A DNA stretch of 64,000 nucleotides from the NCBI GenBank assembly GCA_964057225.1, contig OZ059897.1, forward strand, positions 6,696,001 to 6,760,000. The letters are read 5' to 3'. Position numbers and translations under genes: made by a program. Below the pieces are notes generated by a model. The model ran no database searches. It saw only the letters and a list, made by a program, of their open reading frames with translations, and was not told the origin of the DNA. Numbering within the stretch: position 1 is the stretch's first letter; each line of letters opens with the position of its first letter. This DNA comes from Auanema rhodensis (lineage: Eukaryota; Animalia; Nematoda). Below are positions 24,185-38,297 of this stretch, piece after piece.

Positions 24185-26463
24185 CTGCCAGCTTTTTTAC
24201 ACAACATCAAGCTAGCTTTATAAGGCCATTAGGCCTAACGCTTTTGACCCAAACATAGCTGTCAATTGAACGACGACAATTGACAATTACAATGAGATAA
24301 ACACAACAATTAAAAAGGCAGAGAGGAGAAATTATATGACAGCAAATGAATGAAGATATGCTATCATTTCAATGCCAGAAGAAGAAAACTCGCCCATTTT
24401 TCACTCAAAAAAAAGCTAATTGCGCCACAATGTGCTGACTTTTATGAGATTCGTTCAAAAAAGAGACCACCAATTTCGATTCTTAAAAAAATAAGTTGGA
24501 ACAAACTATAGCTCAACCTAAATAAATACATGTGTATGGTTGGTTATTGAATAAAATAGATAAAACATGTTAAATAGATTATTAAAGATGAATATAATTA
24601 AAGTTTTGAACTTAATATTCAAAGAATTATCATAAAAATTCAAATTTTCCTCTGTTTATTTCGCATGATCATAAATCACAGAGCGGTTGTATCAAATACT
24701 GATGGGATAGTTTTGTTTTAAAAAGCAACATGAACCTTATTAAAAAACTTTTTTTTCCAAATAAGTATTTCCGCATGACAGTATTCCAATTAAAATTAAG
24801 AAATTTAAAAAGTATATTTAACCAACAAAAAAAAGTTATAATCTATGATCGATAATACATACTATATACATACATACTATATCTGCGTGTATGTATGTGT
24901 GTGTCTATCTCTCAAATTATAATGATATTATTATTATTTTAGACAATATATACATAGATATATATGTACATGTATTTATATATTGATCATGATCATGATT
25001 TTTCATTGTTTATTTGAATTTTTTTCATTCCACATTTTTTCTTTAATCAGTCAAAACTTTTTGCATTCTTAACCAAACAAGATATAGTTCTCTTGTTTCC
25101 AAAATTAAAAAGCATTTTATACAAAAAATCATAATAATTAAGAACCTATTATCGATTTTCACTCTTATGTTTCTAATAATATTTATTAATATTATGATTA
25201 ATAATCCTTTGATCAATGTTTAACTCGGTTTGCAATCATTTTCATACACAAGAAGCTTTGTTTTTCACATTTTTTCAATTTATTATTACATTGAATAAAT
25301 AACGAAGTCTTTTTTTAAAAATCTTTGAATTTGTCATCATAGTACATATTCTTTAATTCATAGAATATCTACCACCAGTTCTAACGGTATGATATCCAGT
25401 TTTGTCTGTGGTCTGTCCTCGTTCGAATATTTTGTTTCTCGATTTAAATGTATTCACTATAGTTATTTATACTTTTCAAGAAGATATTTTTTAAATATAG
25501 TTATGTATGTTTTAGTTTTGCACCTATATTTCCATCGCATGGCATTGTCTCTAATCATCATTCTCTTATCAACCGAATGTTATAGGCTTGTAATTTTCAC
25601 CGGAATACTTTACATTCAACTTATCTGAGTAAATTAAAACCCTTAATTTTGCATATTTTAGTCTTTCTAAGTTGATAAGATGACTATGTTAACTATACAA
25701 TCTAATAACTTCCCTTTGCCTCTTCGAAACAATTTTTTCACAGAAAATTGTATCTGTAAACCTTAAACAAACCTAAAAAACGTATACTGACTCAGCGAAG
25801 TTTCATTGTTGAAAAAACACGCTCAAACTGAATTCTCGAGATTTTTCCTATGATATATTCGTTCGTGTGCTAGATATTTTGAACATCTTCTTCTTAGTAT
25901 AAGCTTTTCCTTTCGTGTAATATCTGTCTAAATGCCACGTGTCAGTCATTATATGAATTTTATGATCCTACGATCTATCTTCACTTAATTTGCTTTTAAA
26001 CATTCCTAATTAATTTTAATTTTTCTATTTTTTTCTTCAAAAGGATCGAAAATCAAACACCGTTTCTTCTGGTATATCTAAATCACGTGTATGTATGAAA
26101 GAAGAAACATCTAGATTGCGAGAGACATAGAGTACAACTGGCAAAAGAAAGATCATTCAAAATGTTTCCAATTGACAATACACATAGAACACAGGTTACA
26201 AGAAAGCTTCCGTAAAGTTCTTTCCATTTAACAGCTTTTAACATTTTTCTTAAATCTTATTCTTCTATTCTTTATATTTTAAACCTTAAGTTTTGCTGTT
26301 TACTTACTGAACAGATGTACAGATGAACGTATTTGTTCGTTTAACTTGAGTTGTGTGAACCACTTCCAAGACGATGTCCTCCTATTTATCTTCTTCTCGC
26401 TCTTCTTATAATATTGATATTTTTGGAAATTTACTAATTTTTCAATGTATCTCCTACTTGTAT

Positions 26464-26467
<4 letters not shown>

Positions 26468-26494
<27 letters not shown>
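26468..26494. repeat. (TA)n microsatellite
   Basis: About 13 TA units read directly. Confidence 0.9.
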
Positions 26495-26902
26495 TTCCAA
26501 AATATCTTTAACAAATGGTATTCTAGTCTGTTCATCTTATCTTATTCTTTCCAACCATCTTCTTTTCCTATCTAATTTATTTGAGAAAGCAATTCGGAGC
26601 ATTCCAAGAATAAGACTTCACGCTAGAATTGAACTTTTGATTTCTTACTATAACACCTGTATTTCCATTTTAACTGAATTATTTGAATCAAGCAAATCTA
26701 TCTATATATATAGTATCCATATAAAGTTTTTCGAAACAAGACAACATTCATAAGAATTTTTTTAGAATTGAATATTTCGGGAGAACATATTGTAAGAAGA
26801 AGGTGAAGTGAAGATAGGAATAGCAGCGAAAGCTAAGAAATAACCATTAGAAGTGTCAATATTTGTATGTGACCAGCACAAAAGCTTGTTAAGTACTCAT
26901 AG

Positions 26903-28900
26903 ATGGGTTCGTTGTGTTGTCGGACGGCACCTGTGCACGATGAACCTACAACTTCGGTTGTTATGCCAAGGTGTAAGTCTTTTTTCAACTAAAAATGTAG
27001 TTTTATATCAACTAGATCATGTTCATAAAAGTTTATTAAACATTTTCCATTGAACATTCGAGTACTTGTACTGTTTGAGAACTGTTTTCAGCTCACACTA
27101 TTGAGCCAATTGGTCACTTATTAGTTTTCATCAACCCACATTCAGGACCTGGAAAAGGAGTTAAAACTTTCAAAAAACGGGTAACAACTGCTAACAGTTA
27201 ATGATTAAGCTAATGGTTGTATTTGTAGGTAGAAAATCTATTTGAAAAAAGCAATATATCATATGAACTTATTATAACAAGTAAGTTAAGGAAGAAAGCA
27301 AATTTGTATTTCAATGACTAATGTTTCAGATGGGTCGAATCATGCACGAAATGTTGTCTTAAATCATCCAACTATTCATAAGTTCAATGGAATTATAATC
27401 CTTTCAGGCGATGGTCTGGTATTTGAGGTATACTTGAAGCCACTAAATTCTCTATATCGTATTATATGACTATAGGTGGTTAATGGTCTTTCTGAAAGAT
27501 CAGATGCGATGAAAGTTGTCCCATCAATGCCAATAGGAATAATTCCATCTGGCTCTGGAAATGGGCTTTTATCTTCAGTCTTTATAGCAAAGGGGTATTT
27601 GATAGTATAATTGATGTAATCACAATTTCATATTGCAGATGGACTTTGAAAAATCCAGGCTTTTTGAAACAATCTATTGTTGTTGCTACAGGCACAAAAC
27701 CTGAAGCCCAACCTATTAATTTACTACATATTCAAACTGAGCGGCAAAACATAGCTGCATTTTTGAGCATAGGATGGGGTATTATGGCAGATATTGGTCA
27801 GTTTCTTAATTTCTTGAACTTTCATTGTTTAAACATCCTTAATCAATATTGAACTTCCTGCTTCAAAGTATATTTTGGCCTTCTTCACATTTATGATTTA
27901 CTTCTATTATTACGTTTCGTTGAACTTTTAACGTACAAAGCAGCCTCGAGTTACTTACATATCATGAGAATCAAGTTTTATGTTTTGACTCTCCAACAAG
28001 AGAAAAAATAAAGAGATAAAACAGGATTGGTATATTCTCGAGTTACACTTATTCTATTTTTGCAGATGTTGAAAGTGAACGGTTTCGAACAACACTGGGA
28101 TCAAATAGATTCATAGCTGGAGCATTAATTCGATGCTGGAGTAAATAGTTTTCATTTATTTTTGAGATTTACAATCATAATTGTTCCAGATTTAAGAACT
28201 TATCGTGGTCGTCTTAGCTATAAACCTTATGTAGCAACCTCTGAATTTGCTCAGAATCCGTTATTTGAAGTATATGGGGCTTCTCGCAGTGATATGGTGA
28301 AACTACTATAAAAATCCTGAATTCTAATTTAAAGATGTTTAAGCTTTCCGTTGACACGGACAATTCAATAAGATGTGAAACCCCTGAGAAAAGATCAAAG
28401 GATAATTTCTGGAGGGAAAGACATCTGGTTAAGATTCCTGATTTGGAAGATGAAGTTCCGGCCGATTGGATAACTTTGGAAGACGAATTTGTAGGCGTTT
28501 ATGCAGTAAGCTTGAGCCAAGATTTTTATATATTGAATTATTGCTTTAGATGAGTTTATCGCACATTTCGGCCGATGGCCCATATATGCCTCTAGCGAGG
28601 TTGGATGACGATCGAATTTACCTGACATATATTTTGAAAAAAGATATAAACAGCAAATTTGATATGTTCAAAATGTTGTCTGCTATAGAAACGGCTAAAC
28701 ATTTAGAATTAGGTTTTGTGAAGGTTTGCTTCAAGCCATCTGAGCCCTCTTTATATTATTCGTTTCAGTGCATCCCAGTCTCAGCATTGCGTTTAGAAGC
28801 TTTTGACCAAAGGTCGGTACTTGTAGTTGATGGGGAAGTAATATCAGCTCGAAAACTTCAAGCTGCACCTACAAATCTGAAAACTGCAGTTTTTACATGA
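26903..28900 (+). CDS. sphk-1: Sphingosine kinase; multi-exon
   Basis: Motifs LLVFINPHSGPGKG, ILSGDGLVFEVVNGL, GIIPSGSGNGL, FLSIGWGIMADI, RTYRGRLSY, VVDGE. The first exon (MGSLCC...) is inferred from phase compatibility. Confidence 0.92.
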
Positions 28901-29396
28901 TATTGCTAACTATCGTCGTATCGCATTGAACAAAACTTTACTTGTACATTACACATGTTTGTTATTTTAATATTGTTGACCTCAATTTACGGATGTAAAT
29001 ATATTATCATGTCTAGATAAATATTTTATTAACAATATTCACAGGTTTTAATAAATAGAACAATTTCAATTGTTTTATTTATATTGCATATCATTTTTTG
29101 GTGATAACTAGAAGCCTCTCTTTCTCAGTTGAGCTGAATTGGTCTCGCACAGAAAACGTCCGCCCTTCATGTTTCGGATTTCATCAGTGGTGTTCAAGAA
29201 GCTACATTGTAAATGTTATTCCTTTTAAATAAAATAAGTTTGTTATAACTCTTGCTTAAGATAAAAAAAAGAATAAATATAAAGAGTTAGAATAATAGTA
29301 TTTATTGAATTTATTAAAATTTTTTGTTTTTTATTATTCTATAGAAGTATATCAAAATCTTGTTCTCTCTACTTACTGTAGAATTAAGGCTGGCCT

Positions 29397-31761
29397 ATGT
29401 TAAGTAAAGCGGCTCGGGTTTCTCCGAGTAAAACGGTTCTAAATTCTATTCGGTCAAGATGGCAAGACAGCTACAAACAAGGGTTTATTCAGCCTGAATT
29501 AGGAGACCAAAAACCTACACATATTATTATTGGAGCGGGTTCTGCGGGATGTGTACTAGGTATGCTGTTATAAATTGTGATTTTTTTTAATTGTTAAAAT
29601 TTTTAGCTAATCGCCTTACTGAGAATCCAGATAATCGAGTTCTTTTAATAGAAGCAGGACCAAAGGATCACTGGTGGGATTGGCGCATTCATATGCCTGC
29701 AGCTCTGATGTATAATCTTTGTCATGACAAGTAGTAAAGTAATATTCTGTTTCGGTTTATTCATTCAAGTTTGTTTTTAGATATAATTGGTATTATCATA
29801 CAGTCGCACAAAAGAATGTCAACAATCGTGTCTTCTATTGGCCAAGAGGAAGGTAGACTTTCAAATTTTAACTGCATTCGTTCATACTGTTTTTTAAGAG
29901 TCTGGGGAGGAAGTTCTTCTTTGAATGCAATGTGTGCAGTTAGAGGACATGCCTTTGACTACGATCGATGGCAATCCGAGGGAGCTGAAAATTGGTCATA
30001 TGCTGATTGTTTACCTTACTTTAAAAAAGCAGAAACATACAATGGATCAGCAGTACGAAATTTATTTCTGACATATTGTGCTATGGCAGCGAGTTCAGAC
30101 ATCGCCGTACAGAGGAACGTCAGGTCCTCTACATGTTCAACAAGCCCCCGCCGATCATCCTCTTCATCAAGCGTTTCTTGACGCAGGGAAATATCACCCG
30201 ATTGGAACTACTCTTGATATGAATGGCGAGAAACAAGAAGGGTTAACTAAAATGGATATGACTATTCATAAGGGTGAAAGGTAAATAGTTTCATATAAGA
30301 TGCGTGTTTATTGAGACTTTGCAGATGGAGTTCCTCAAAAGCTTATTTACATCCAATTCTATCAAGAAAGAATTTATATACATCGTCAGGAATCATGTGT
30401 ACCAGAGTACTATTCAGCGGGAAAAAAGCTGTAGGTATAGAGTTTATTAGGTATGTGTTGTTGCATGGCTTTTGTAAATTTGAAGAAAACTTTCTTTTTA
30501 CATTATTAGTTTTTAACATTTTAGAAAAGTTAATTTCTATGGAACTGAAAATATTGATTCCTACAGTAGAGAAAAAATCTATTGCGAAGGCGATGTGATT
30601 TTGGCTGGAGGTAAAGTTTCTTTAATTTTCTGAATAAGCTCATGTATTCTAGGCGCAATTAACTCACCTCAGTTATTAATGCTCAGTGGAGTTGGTCCCC
30701 AAAATCATTTGCGTAGTTTGGAGATTCCTGTTGTTCATGACCTTCCTGGAGTGGGACAAAACCTTCAGGCATAGGAACCATAAGATTTGATTTTGAATTT
30801 TTTTCTAATTTTCAGGATCATTTGGAAATTTATGTACAACATAAATGTACGCAACCTATCACACTTTATAACCAAAGCTCTTGGAGGTTCCCGCACAATA
30901 TGATCCGCGTTGGACTGCGTAAGTTGTAAGAATTTTTTTCCTGTTACTTTTATCATTTGAAGAATGGTTTTCATCTAAAACTGGGTTAGGTGCTAGTAGT
31001 CACTTGGAAACTGGAGGATTTGCTCGATCCAACAATTCCGTTGCTCATCCTGATATTCAGTTCCATTTTCTTCCATCAACTGTTCACGATGATGGTAGAG
31101 CCAATGGAACAGGACATGGCTTCCAGGTGAATATTGTTGTACCTTGAATGCTTTCTAAACTTAATTTAGGTTCACGTTGGACCCATGCGTACAAAATCTG
31201 TTGGTCAACTGAAACTGCAACATAAAGATCCTAGAAGACATCCATTGCTTGATCCTAACTATATGAACCATGACGACGATTGGAAAGAATTCAGGTTTCA
31301 CAGAGTTTTTGCTTCAAAATACTTTTTTTTTGAAGAGCATCTATTCGGTTATCACGCGAACTCTTTGCGACTAAAGCGTTTGATCCATTCCGGGGAGAGG
31401 AAACAGCACCCGGTCCAAATACGAATTCTGATGCTGATATAGATAAATTTGTCAGGGAAAAAGCTGCTTCCGCTTATCACCCTTCTTGTACATGTAAAAT
31501 GGGTTCTTCTAATGATGAAATGGCTGTAGTTGATCCTAAAACTATGAATGTTCATGGACTTCAAAATCTAAAGGTTAGATATTTTTTTCTATTCTCAACT
31601 CTATAAATTGTGTTATTCAGGTTGTCGATGCCAGTGTTATGCCGTCCATTGTCAGTGGAAATTTGAACATTCCAACCATTATGTTAGCTGAAAAAGCTGC
31701 CGATATAATTCAGGGAAAAAAATTACCAGTTGAAAAATTACCTGTTTGGAAGCATAACTAG
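29397..31761 (+). CDS. chdh-1: Mitochondrial choline dehydrogenase (GMC oxidoreductase); multi-exon
   Basis: [98 protein letters not shown]; basic mitochondrial-type leader. Confidence 0.95.
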
Positions 31762-31976
31762 ATAGTTTCTAAGAAACAGAAAATCTGTTATAAAGTCATC
31801 TAGATTAGACGTGTATGTACGTATTAAATATTCTTGTGTTTTTTTGTATAAAGTTGGGGTTTAAGCATATTGCCATGTAAATTTTTATTTTCTGTCTTTT
31901 TCTTTAACATTGGGTTTAAGCCTCTGATACCTTTTATTACTAGCTGTACTTGTTATATTATTATATTTTCTGTAGG

Positions 31977-34252
31977 ATGTCACTACCAATCTTTGATCTT
32001 CAAGAAATTCCGGATAACAAGACCGGATGGGGCCCCATTACTCCTCCAGTTGGGTTGGATACCTCTGGACCTTTCCAACAATTCAATAAGGTAATTTTTC
32101 TTTGTTTTTTTTTCTATTATGTTTTCTTTTCATTTCTTTTTTTATTCTTACTGTGGTTTCAGGCCGATCGCATCGGAAGAGTAGCCGATTGGATTGGTGT
32201 TGATCGTTTCTTCAGAAGAGGAAATGAACGTTACAACGAACGTATCTATGGATCAGCAGCCAATGCCGGATCTCAATTCGACTATGTTCACGGTTTGGAT
32301 GAGAATAACTTCCAATTGGTTTGCTTTGAATTCCACGATCTTAGTTATCTAGAAAATATTGCAGGTTGATTCCTCAAAACCAGCTCAAAGAAGCACACAA
32401 AGAAACTTCAGAGCTCGCCAAGTTCAATTCAGAAAACTTTTGCAAAAAGAGCAAGAGAAGAGAGAGGCTAACCAAAATCAAAATGCCAAGACAAAGAAGA
32501 CAATCGCCAAGTATATCACAAAATTCCCTTTGTTTTCTATGTGATCGTTATAGGGAGCATCAGAGAGCTCTTAAGATGTGGCAAAAGAGAGGAGGAAACG
32601 CCAGAATGGGTCAACGTGGTGGTCCTGGAAACCGATACACTGGAGAAAGACCTAAGGTTAGATATTCCATAAACTAGTGATAAACAGTTTTTCTTCAGGA
32701 TCGTCTCCCATCAGTTCAAGTGCGTCCAGACTGGAAGGTTATCGAAGAAATGGATTTCCCAAGACTGTCTAAGCTCAGTCTCCCAAATGTTGGAAGTGGA
32801 CAGGATATTTCAGGACATCAATATGGCTCTCTCCATTTCTACGACTCTGTAAGGGCATAACACAATAACGAGAGTCATGACTTCCACTTTTCAGTCCGTT
32901 GATAGGGTATCTGTTAAGAACTCTATTCCTCTTCAAAGATGTGGTGGATCCTTCTACAATGTCACAACAACTGAAGATCCAGTTATTGAACAGATTGCTC
33001 AAGAGGGTATTGGAAACGTTTATGCCACTGACATCATTTTGGCTACATTGATGACTGCTTCGAGATCTGTAATAGCTTTAAATATTCTTAAATCTTTATC
33101 CATACTTTTTAAGGTCTATTCTTGGGATATTGTTGCTCACAGAGTTGGTGACAAGCTTTTCTTTGACAAGCGTGACACTGGAGGAATTTCTAACCCAGTT
33201 GATGCACTCACTGTATCTGAAACTAGCTGTGAACCGCCTGCATTCGAAGGAGCTGGAATCAATAATGCTAAAGTAGAAAAAGATAAATATTCATGAAGCT
33301 ATATCTTCTATTTTAGGATCTTGCTACGGAGGCTCTTTATATCAATCAAAACTTCCGCCGTCAAGTGAGTGCTTATGGCATCCCTATCCTCAACAAGTTA
33401 TTTCTTATAGGTCTTGCGTCGTGGTGAAGAAGGCTATAAATTGAACAAAGAACGTGCTCCATTTGAGGAAGAAGGGGGAGAATCTGGATGTGGATATAAG
33501 TGGGAAATAGTTTGAAATATTAATTTATCTTTGTTAAAATTAAGATACCGTAAGTTCACCCTTTCCGGTGGAGCTAATCAGAAGCCTATTGATGTTGTAT
33601 GTAGAACAGAATTGGATGGAGCTATGGTAAATTCTATGCACGTAAATACCAATATTTCCGATTTCTCAGGTTGGCCCCAATGGAGGAGTACAACTGATCA
33701 CCATCAAGGCTTTCAATGAGTGGGATAGTTCTCAATCTGGTGGTGTTGACTGGAGGTATATAATCAGTTTCACTGATGTTTCATTTAAAATTTTATTTAG
33801 ATCAAAGTTGGACGTCCAGAAGGGAGCTGTTCTATGTACTGAAATTAAGAACAACACATGCAAATTGGCTAAGTGGACCATCCAAGCTCTCCTTGCCAAC
33901 TCAGAATTCATTAAATTCGGATATGTATCTCGTCTCTCTGTTAGGAATAGTGCCCAACACGTTATCTTGGGTACTCAAAGTTATAGACCAGCTGAATTTG
34001 CCACAAATATCTCTCTCAACATGGATAATGGATGGGGAGTTCTTCGTTGCATTATTGACAGGTTTGTGTTGAATTATGTTTTCGCTGTTTGATATAACTC
34101 TTTATAGCTGCATGCGTCAACCTGCTGGAAAATATTTGTTGATGAAAGATCCTCAATCATCTGTTGTGCGTCTTTATGCTCTACCAGATGGAACTTTTGA
34201 AAGTGAAGCCGAATCTGATGACAATAACGGTGATGATTCCGAAGAAGATTAA
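31977..34252 (+). CDS. eif-3.D: Eukaryotic translation initiation factor 3 subunit D; multi-exon
   Basis: [84 protein letters not shown]; acidic tail. Confidence 0.96.
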
Positions 34253-34579
34253 ATTGTTGAATCGTAGTTTAAATGTTATATTTTTTCTGTTTCCTTTTCT
34301 GTTGGATGTTATAATTGGGCCTACTTTCCTGGTTGGATTGTGAAAGACAATAAAATATTGTTAACATTTTCCATATTGTTGTTTTATAAAAAAATCAACT
34401 AATTAAGGCATTTATTTTACGGCAAGCGTTTATTTATGTTACTCAAGAAATCGATTCTAATCTATACAAGAAACATAAAAAGCTAAGTAAAAAAAGTTAA
34501 ATCTCTTAAAAATCCCATTGCTAGCATAATTCACGCTTGTTTGAGGGCATTTATCTATATCTCTGTAAAAATCCTAAAT

Positions 34580-35709
34580 CTAAAACTTGGATGGTTCAGC
34601 TTCTGGCTTGGAAGTCATTCCAGTAAGAAGAGACTTGATTTCTCCAATAGCTTTAGCAGGATTGAGATGCTGCAACAGAAAAAAATCAAACAGTTCTAGG
34701 CCTGGATCAAACCTTGGGGCAGGTCTTGGAGCAGTTCATGATAGTGTGACACTTGAAAGCAGAGAAGGAGTCGTGCATGCGATGAAGACGCTCTGGAGCA
34801 TAATCGTCACGAGAATCAATGATCCATCTGAAGATTAGATATAGTATAACAGTACAAAATTCTGTTTTATCCAACCTGTAAGCTTGCATAAGAACAGCGG
34901 GTCCCAAGTACTTATCGGCATTCCACCAGTAAGATGGACAAGAAGTGGAACAACAGGCACATAAGATGCACTCATAGAGTCCATCCTAAAAATATTATAT
35001 AAATGATACAAAAACATTTCGATAAACTAACAAGTTTGTCTCTTTCGGCAATGCTCTGGTGAAGCTGCTTCTCTCCAAGATTGATTGGAGTCTTCTTTTG
35101 AATCCATGGTTGGATTGAAGCGTATTGTTGATAGAAAAGATTCATGTCTGGGACAAGATCCTGTAAATAAGATGATTAATTAATAAGATAGTTAATTTAA
35201 ATTATAGTTCAAAATCTACCTTGACAACAAACATGTGGGGAAGTGGATAGATCTTGGTACTTTTGCTGGTGTCTTCATCAATCTTGCAGATACAAGCCAA
35301 GGTGTTTTGACCACCGATGTTCATAGCACATGATCCGCAAATTCCTAAAAGCAATTTTCAAAATAAAGAAATAACTTGGTGAATCAACCTTCACGACAAC
35401 TTCTGCGGAAAGTAAGAGTAGGATCAACCTCATTCTTGATTTTAATTAAAGCATCAAGAATCATAGTTCCGCAATTATCAAGATCAACGTCGAACTTCTT
35501 GAAAATATTTTGTATTAATAAATATCAGACATAATTCCAAAAACCTGCATCTCTGGCTTAGCACCAGGCTTTTCAGGGTTGAATCTGTAGATTTCAAAGG
35601 TTTTAATCCTTTTTCCAGCCTTTTTTTCGGCAGCAGCAGCAGATGCAGCTCTGCTGGCAACAACCAAAGCTTCAGAAGCTCGTGCAAGAGTGTAGGTACG
35701 AGCAAGCAT
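34580..35709 (-). CDS. sdhb-1: Succinate dehydrogenase iron-sulfur subunit B; multi-exon
   Basis: [69 protein letters not shown]. Confidence 0.98.
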
Positions 35710-36309
35710 CTAAATATAGTAATATTACAACTATTTTAAGCGATAGAAACAAAATTCATAGCAACTGATACGCTGACAATTTATATAAAATATCAATCTT
35801 CTTCCCAACAAAGATGTTTATATCAAAAAATAGAACAAATATCTCAAGACATATAATTAATTATTTCTGCTTTAGATACTGTTAGAAAAACATTATGATA
35901 AACCATAGAATTGTATGAAGTTCTAACTTCTGTTGAGGATGGTGAACCAGGTTGCGCAAATACGACATGGTTGCTTGTAAATATAAAGCATACCAAATTT
36001 TAAAACTCGTTTTTTTTTGTAATTTTTCAAATGATCCACAGTTTTGTTATTGCAGAAATGTCATTAATTTAATAAGAATCAATTATTCAGCTAAAACATT
36101 ATTAAAATCAAAACGTATTCAAATTATTTTTTTAATTATGCTGAAAATAATTTTAACCAACGAAGTTTACATTAACGGCCTTTTCTATCCGCCCATTTAT
36201 TAAGATATACTATTCCTTCGTCTGTCACATTAATTTATTTTTTGTTAATCTGTTTTAATTATATTTACTTGGAGATGTTTGCGTTATATGATCCATATTC
36301 AGTTATGGT

Positions 36310-37479
36310 ATGTGGATCATAGCGTTGTTAACGTTAATATCCTATACTCATGCTTATGAAGGCGTTCCATTTAATGATGATCCCTGGGACGTTGATGGAC
36401 CATGTCAGATTTATATAGAGGTTCGAGATTCTGTTTTAACAAATGAAAAAAACTTTTTCTAGAGGTTTGCTAAAGCCCAAGCTGAAATGGTTCAATGTGC
36501 TTCCAACTGGTCTATACCTCCGAAAGTTTGCACTAATTGTTTTGAACATTACATAGCTTTCAAGCAATTGGAGTACGAAACTAAACATTTGGTTAGTGTT
36601 AGTATAGAATTCATTTATTCTTCAATTTTAGGATAATGTGACATCACTGGATAATCGTACTTGCTCACAAGTGATCTATGACAATTACCTTTTGTCATAC
36701 AGTTATGATATTAGTGATGCCTTAACTACTAGAATTTGGGATAATTCTCGTTGTGAATGTCAGTTCCAAATTTAGTTGTTTTATTACTGTTTTCTTTAGC
36801 CTGTCTTCATATAAATTGGAATTTTACAACTGCTGATAACAAAGTCCAATTTCTTAACAGGACTTTGGATTTCCAAAATCGTCTTTTCGACTGGAGAGAT
36901 TGTGTTGTTAATTTCACAGGCTGGGGAGAACTAGGTAAGTCTTTTTCATCTACGCATGAAATATGTTTTTTTTAGAATATGATGATATGCTTTCTTTGGG
37001 CAATGCAAGTGGTATTTGTGGTGTATGTAACAAGACTTTCGATGACTTGTTCGCTTATTATTGGGAAATCTACGCCAATCCAGGAATTGAATTTTGTGTT
37101 GACATTGAAACTACGGTAAATATTTCATCGTTTATTTTATATAATGAGTATATTTAAGATGAATGATACCTTACATCTTTGGAATGATGTGTGGAGCTGT
37201 GACGATAGAAAAGATAGAGAAAGAGACACTGGCTTAGTTATTTACACTATGCTTGTTCTGTTAATTTTGACTGCTCTATTCTATGCTGGAAGTTACATTC
37301 AAGGTGGCGGAGATTCAAGACATTTTATTCGATGTAATATTTATTTAATAGTAAATTTGGTTATAACAAAATTTTTAGACTCTAGACTAGATCCTCCCAG
37401 AGGACAACGCTCGCGTCTCATATCTACATCAGCTTCTGATAACTCTTTTCTACCTCATGTTCAGGAGAGATATTCTTGA
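36310..37479 (+). CDS. OSTM1-like type I membrane glycoprotein; multi-exon
   Basis: Signal peptide MWIIALLTLISYTHA. Cys pattern: MVQCASNWSIPPKVCTNC, IWDNSRCE, CGVCNKTFDDLFAYY, FCVDIETTMNDTLHLWNDVWSC. One TM helix and a short tail. Confidence 0.8.
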
Positions 37480-37677
37480 TTATATATTTTCAATTTTTGT
37501 TGAGTGTTGAAGCTGGTTCTTCTTCGGGTAGCTTGTTGCCAATCTGTGTTATTTTCGTATTAAATACATTTATTTTCTTGTTTTTTTTAGCATTTCAATT
37601 GGTTTGCCCCCAACATTATCTTATCTATTAACTTTTGTGTATTTCGCTTATAAGTACGTGTTCTAGTGGTAAAAACA

Positions 37678-38039
37678 ATGCCTGCCCATAACGAGGTAAA
37701 AAAAATTTTGTTCGCCCAACTTTCTATTTTTTTATTCTAGGAACCTTTGGAGGAAAACACTGACCAGCTCACCCAATACAGGGAACGTTGTGCTGACCAT
37801 GTAGCTGATTTGAAGGTAAGAGTAAAGAGTTTTTCTTCTTGCCTATTGATAGTATTGTAGGCTATTCTTGATGAATGCAACGACCGTGTCAACTCTAGAA
37901 CCGAGACTGAAGAGACCTGCCACCAGGAAATGACCGACTACGTTCATCATTTGGACGAGTGTGTAAGTAGACTTGTCTGAGTTCGCAAAATAATTTTTCT
38001 TTTCAGGCCATGCCAAAGGCTTTCAAGGCTTTGAAGTAA
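37678..38039 (+). CDS. Cytochrome b-c1 complex hinge protein (UQCRH/QCR6); 4 exons
   Basis: MPAHNE|EPLEENTDQLTQYRERCADHVADLK|AILDECNDRVNSRTETEETCHQEMTDYVHHLDEC|AMPKAFKALK*. Confidence 0.93.
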
Positions 38040-38297
38040 AAGATAGTAGTTATTCCTATGTTGTAATAGTAATTAGAATAAAAGTTTTTATAACTATTTT
38101 ATTATATAAATCAAATACAATCTAACACCATCAATATCACAGGCAGAGCATGAAATGAATAACATATCGCAATATAAACATTCCCTCTCATCACTTCAAA
38201 AATTATCTTTTTTGAATTCATGATATCACAGATGCTACGAGGACATAACCCAAAAGCTGAATTTATTTCTAAAGTTTACGTCGAGACAATATAAATA

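Noticed and set aside
24400-26800. Short ORFs upstream of sphk-1
   Set aside because: AT-rich and low-complexity, with no recognisable protein; additional 5' exons are not excluded but are unsupported.
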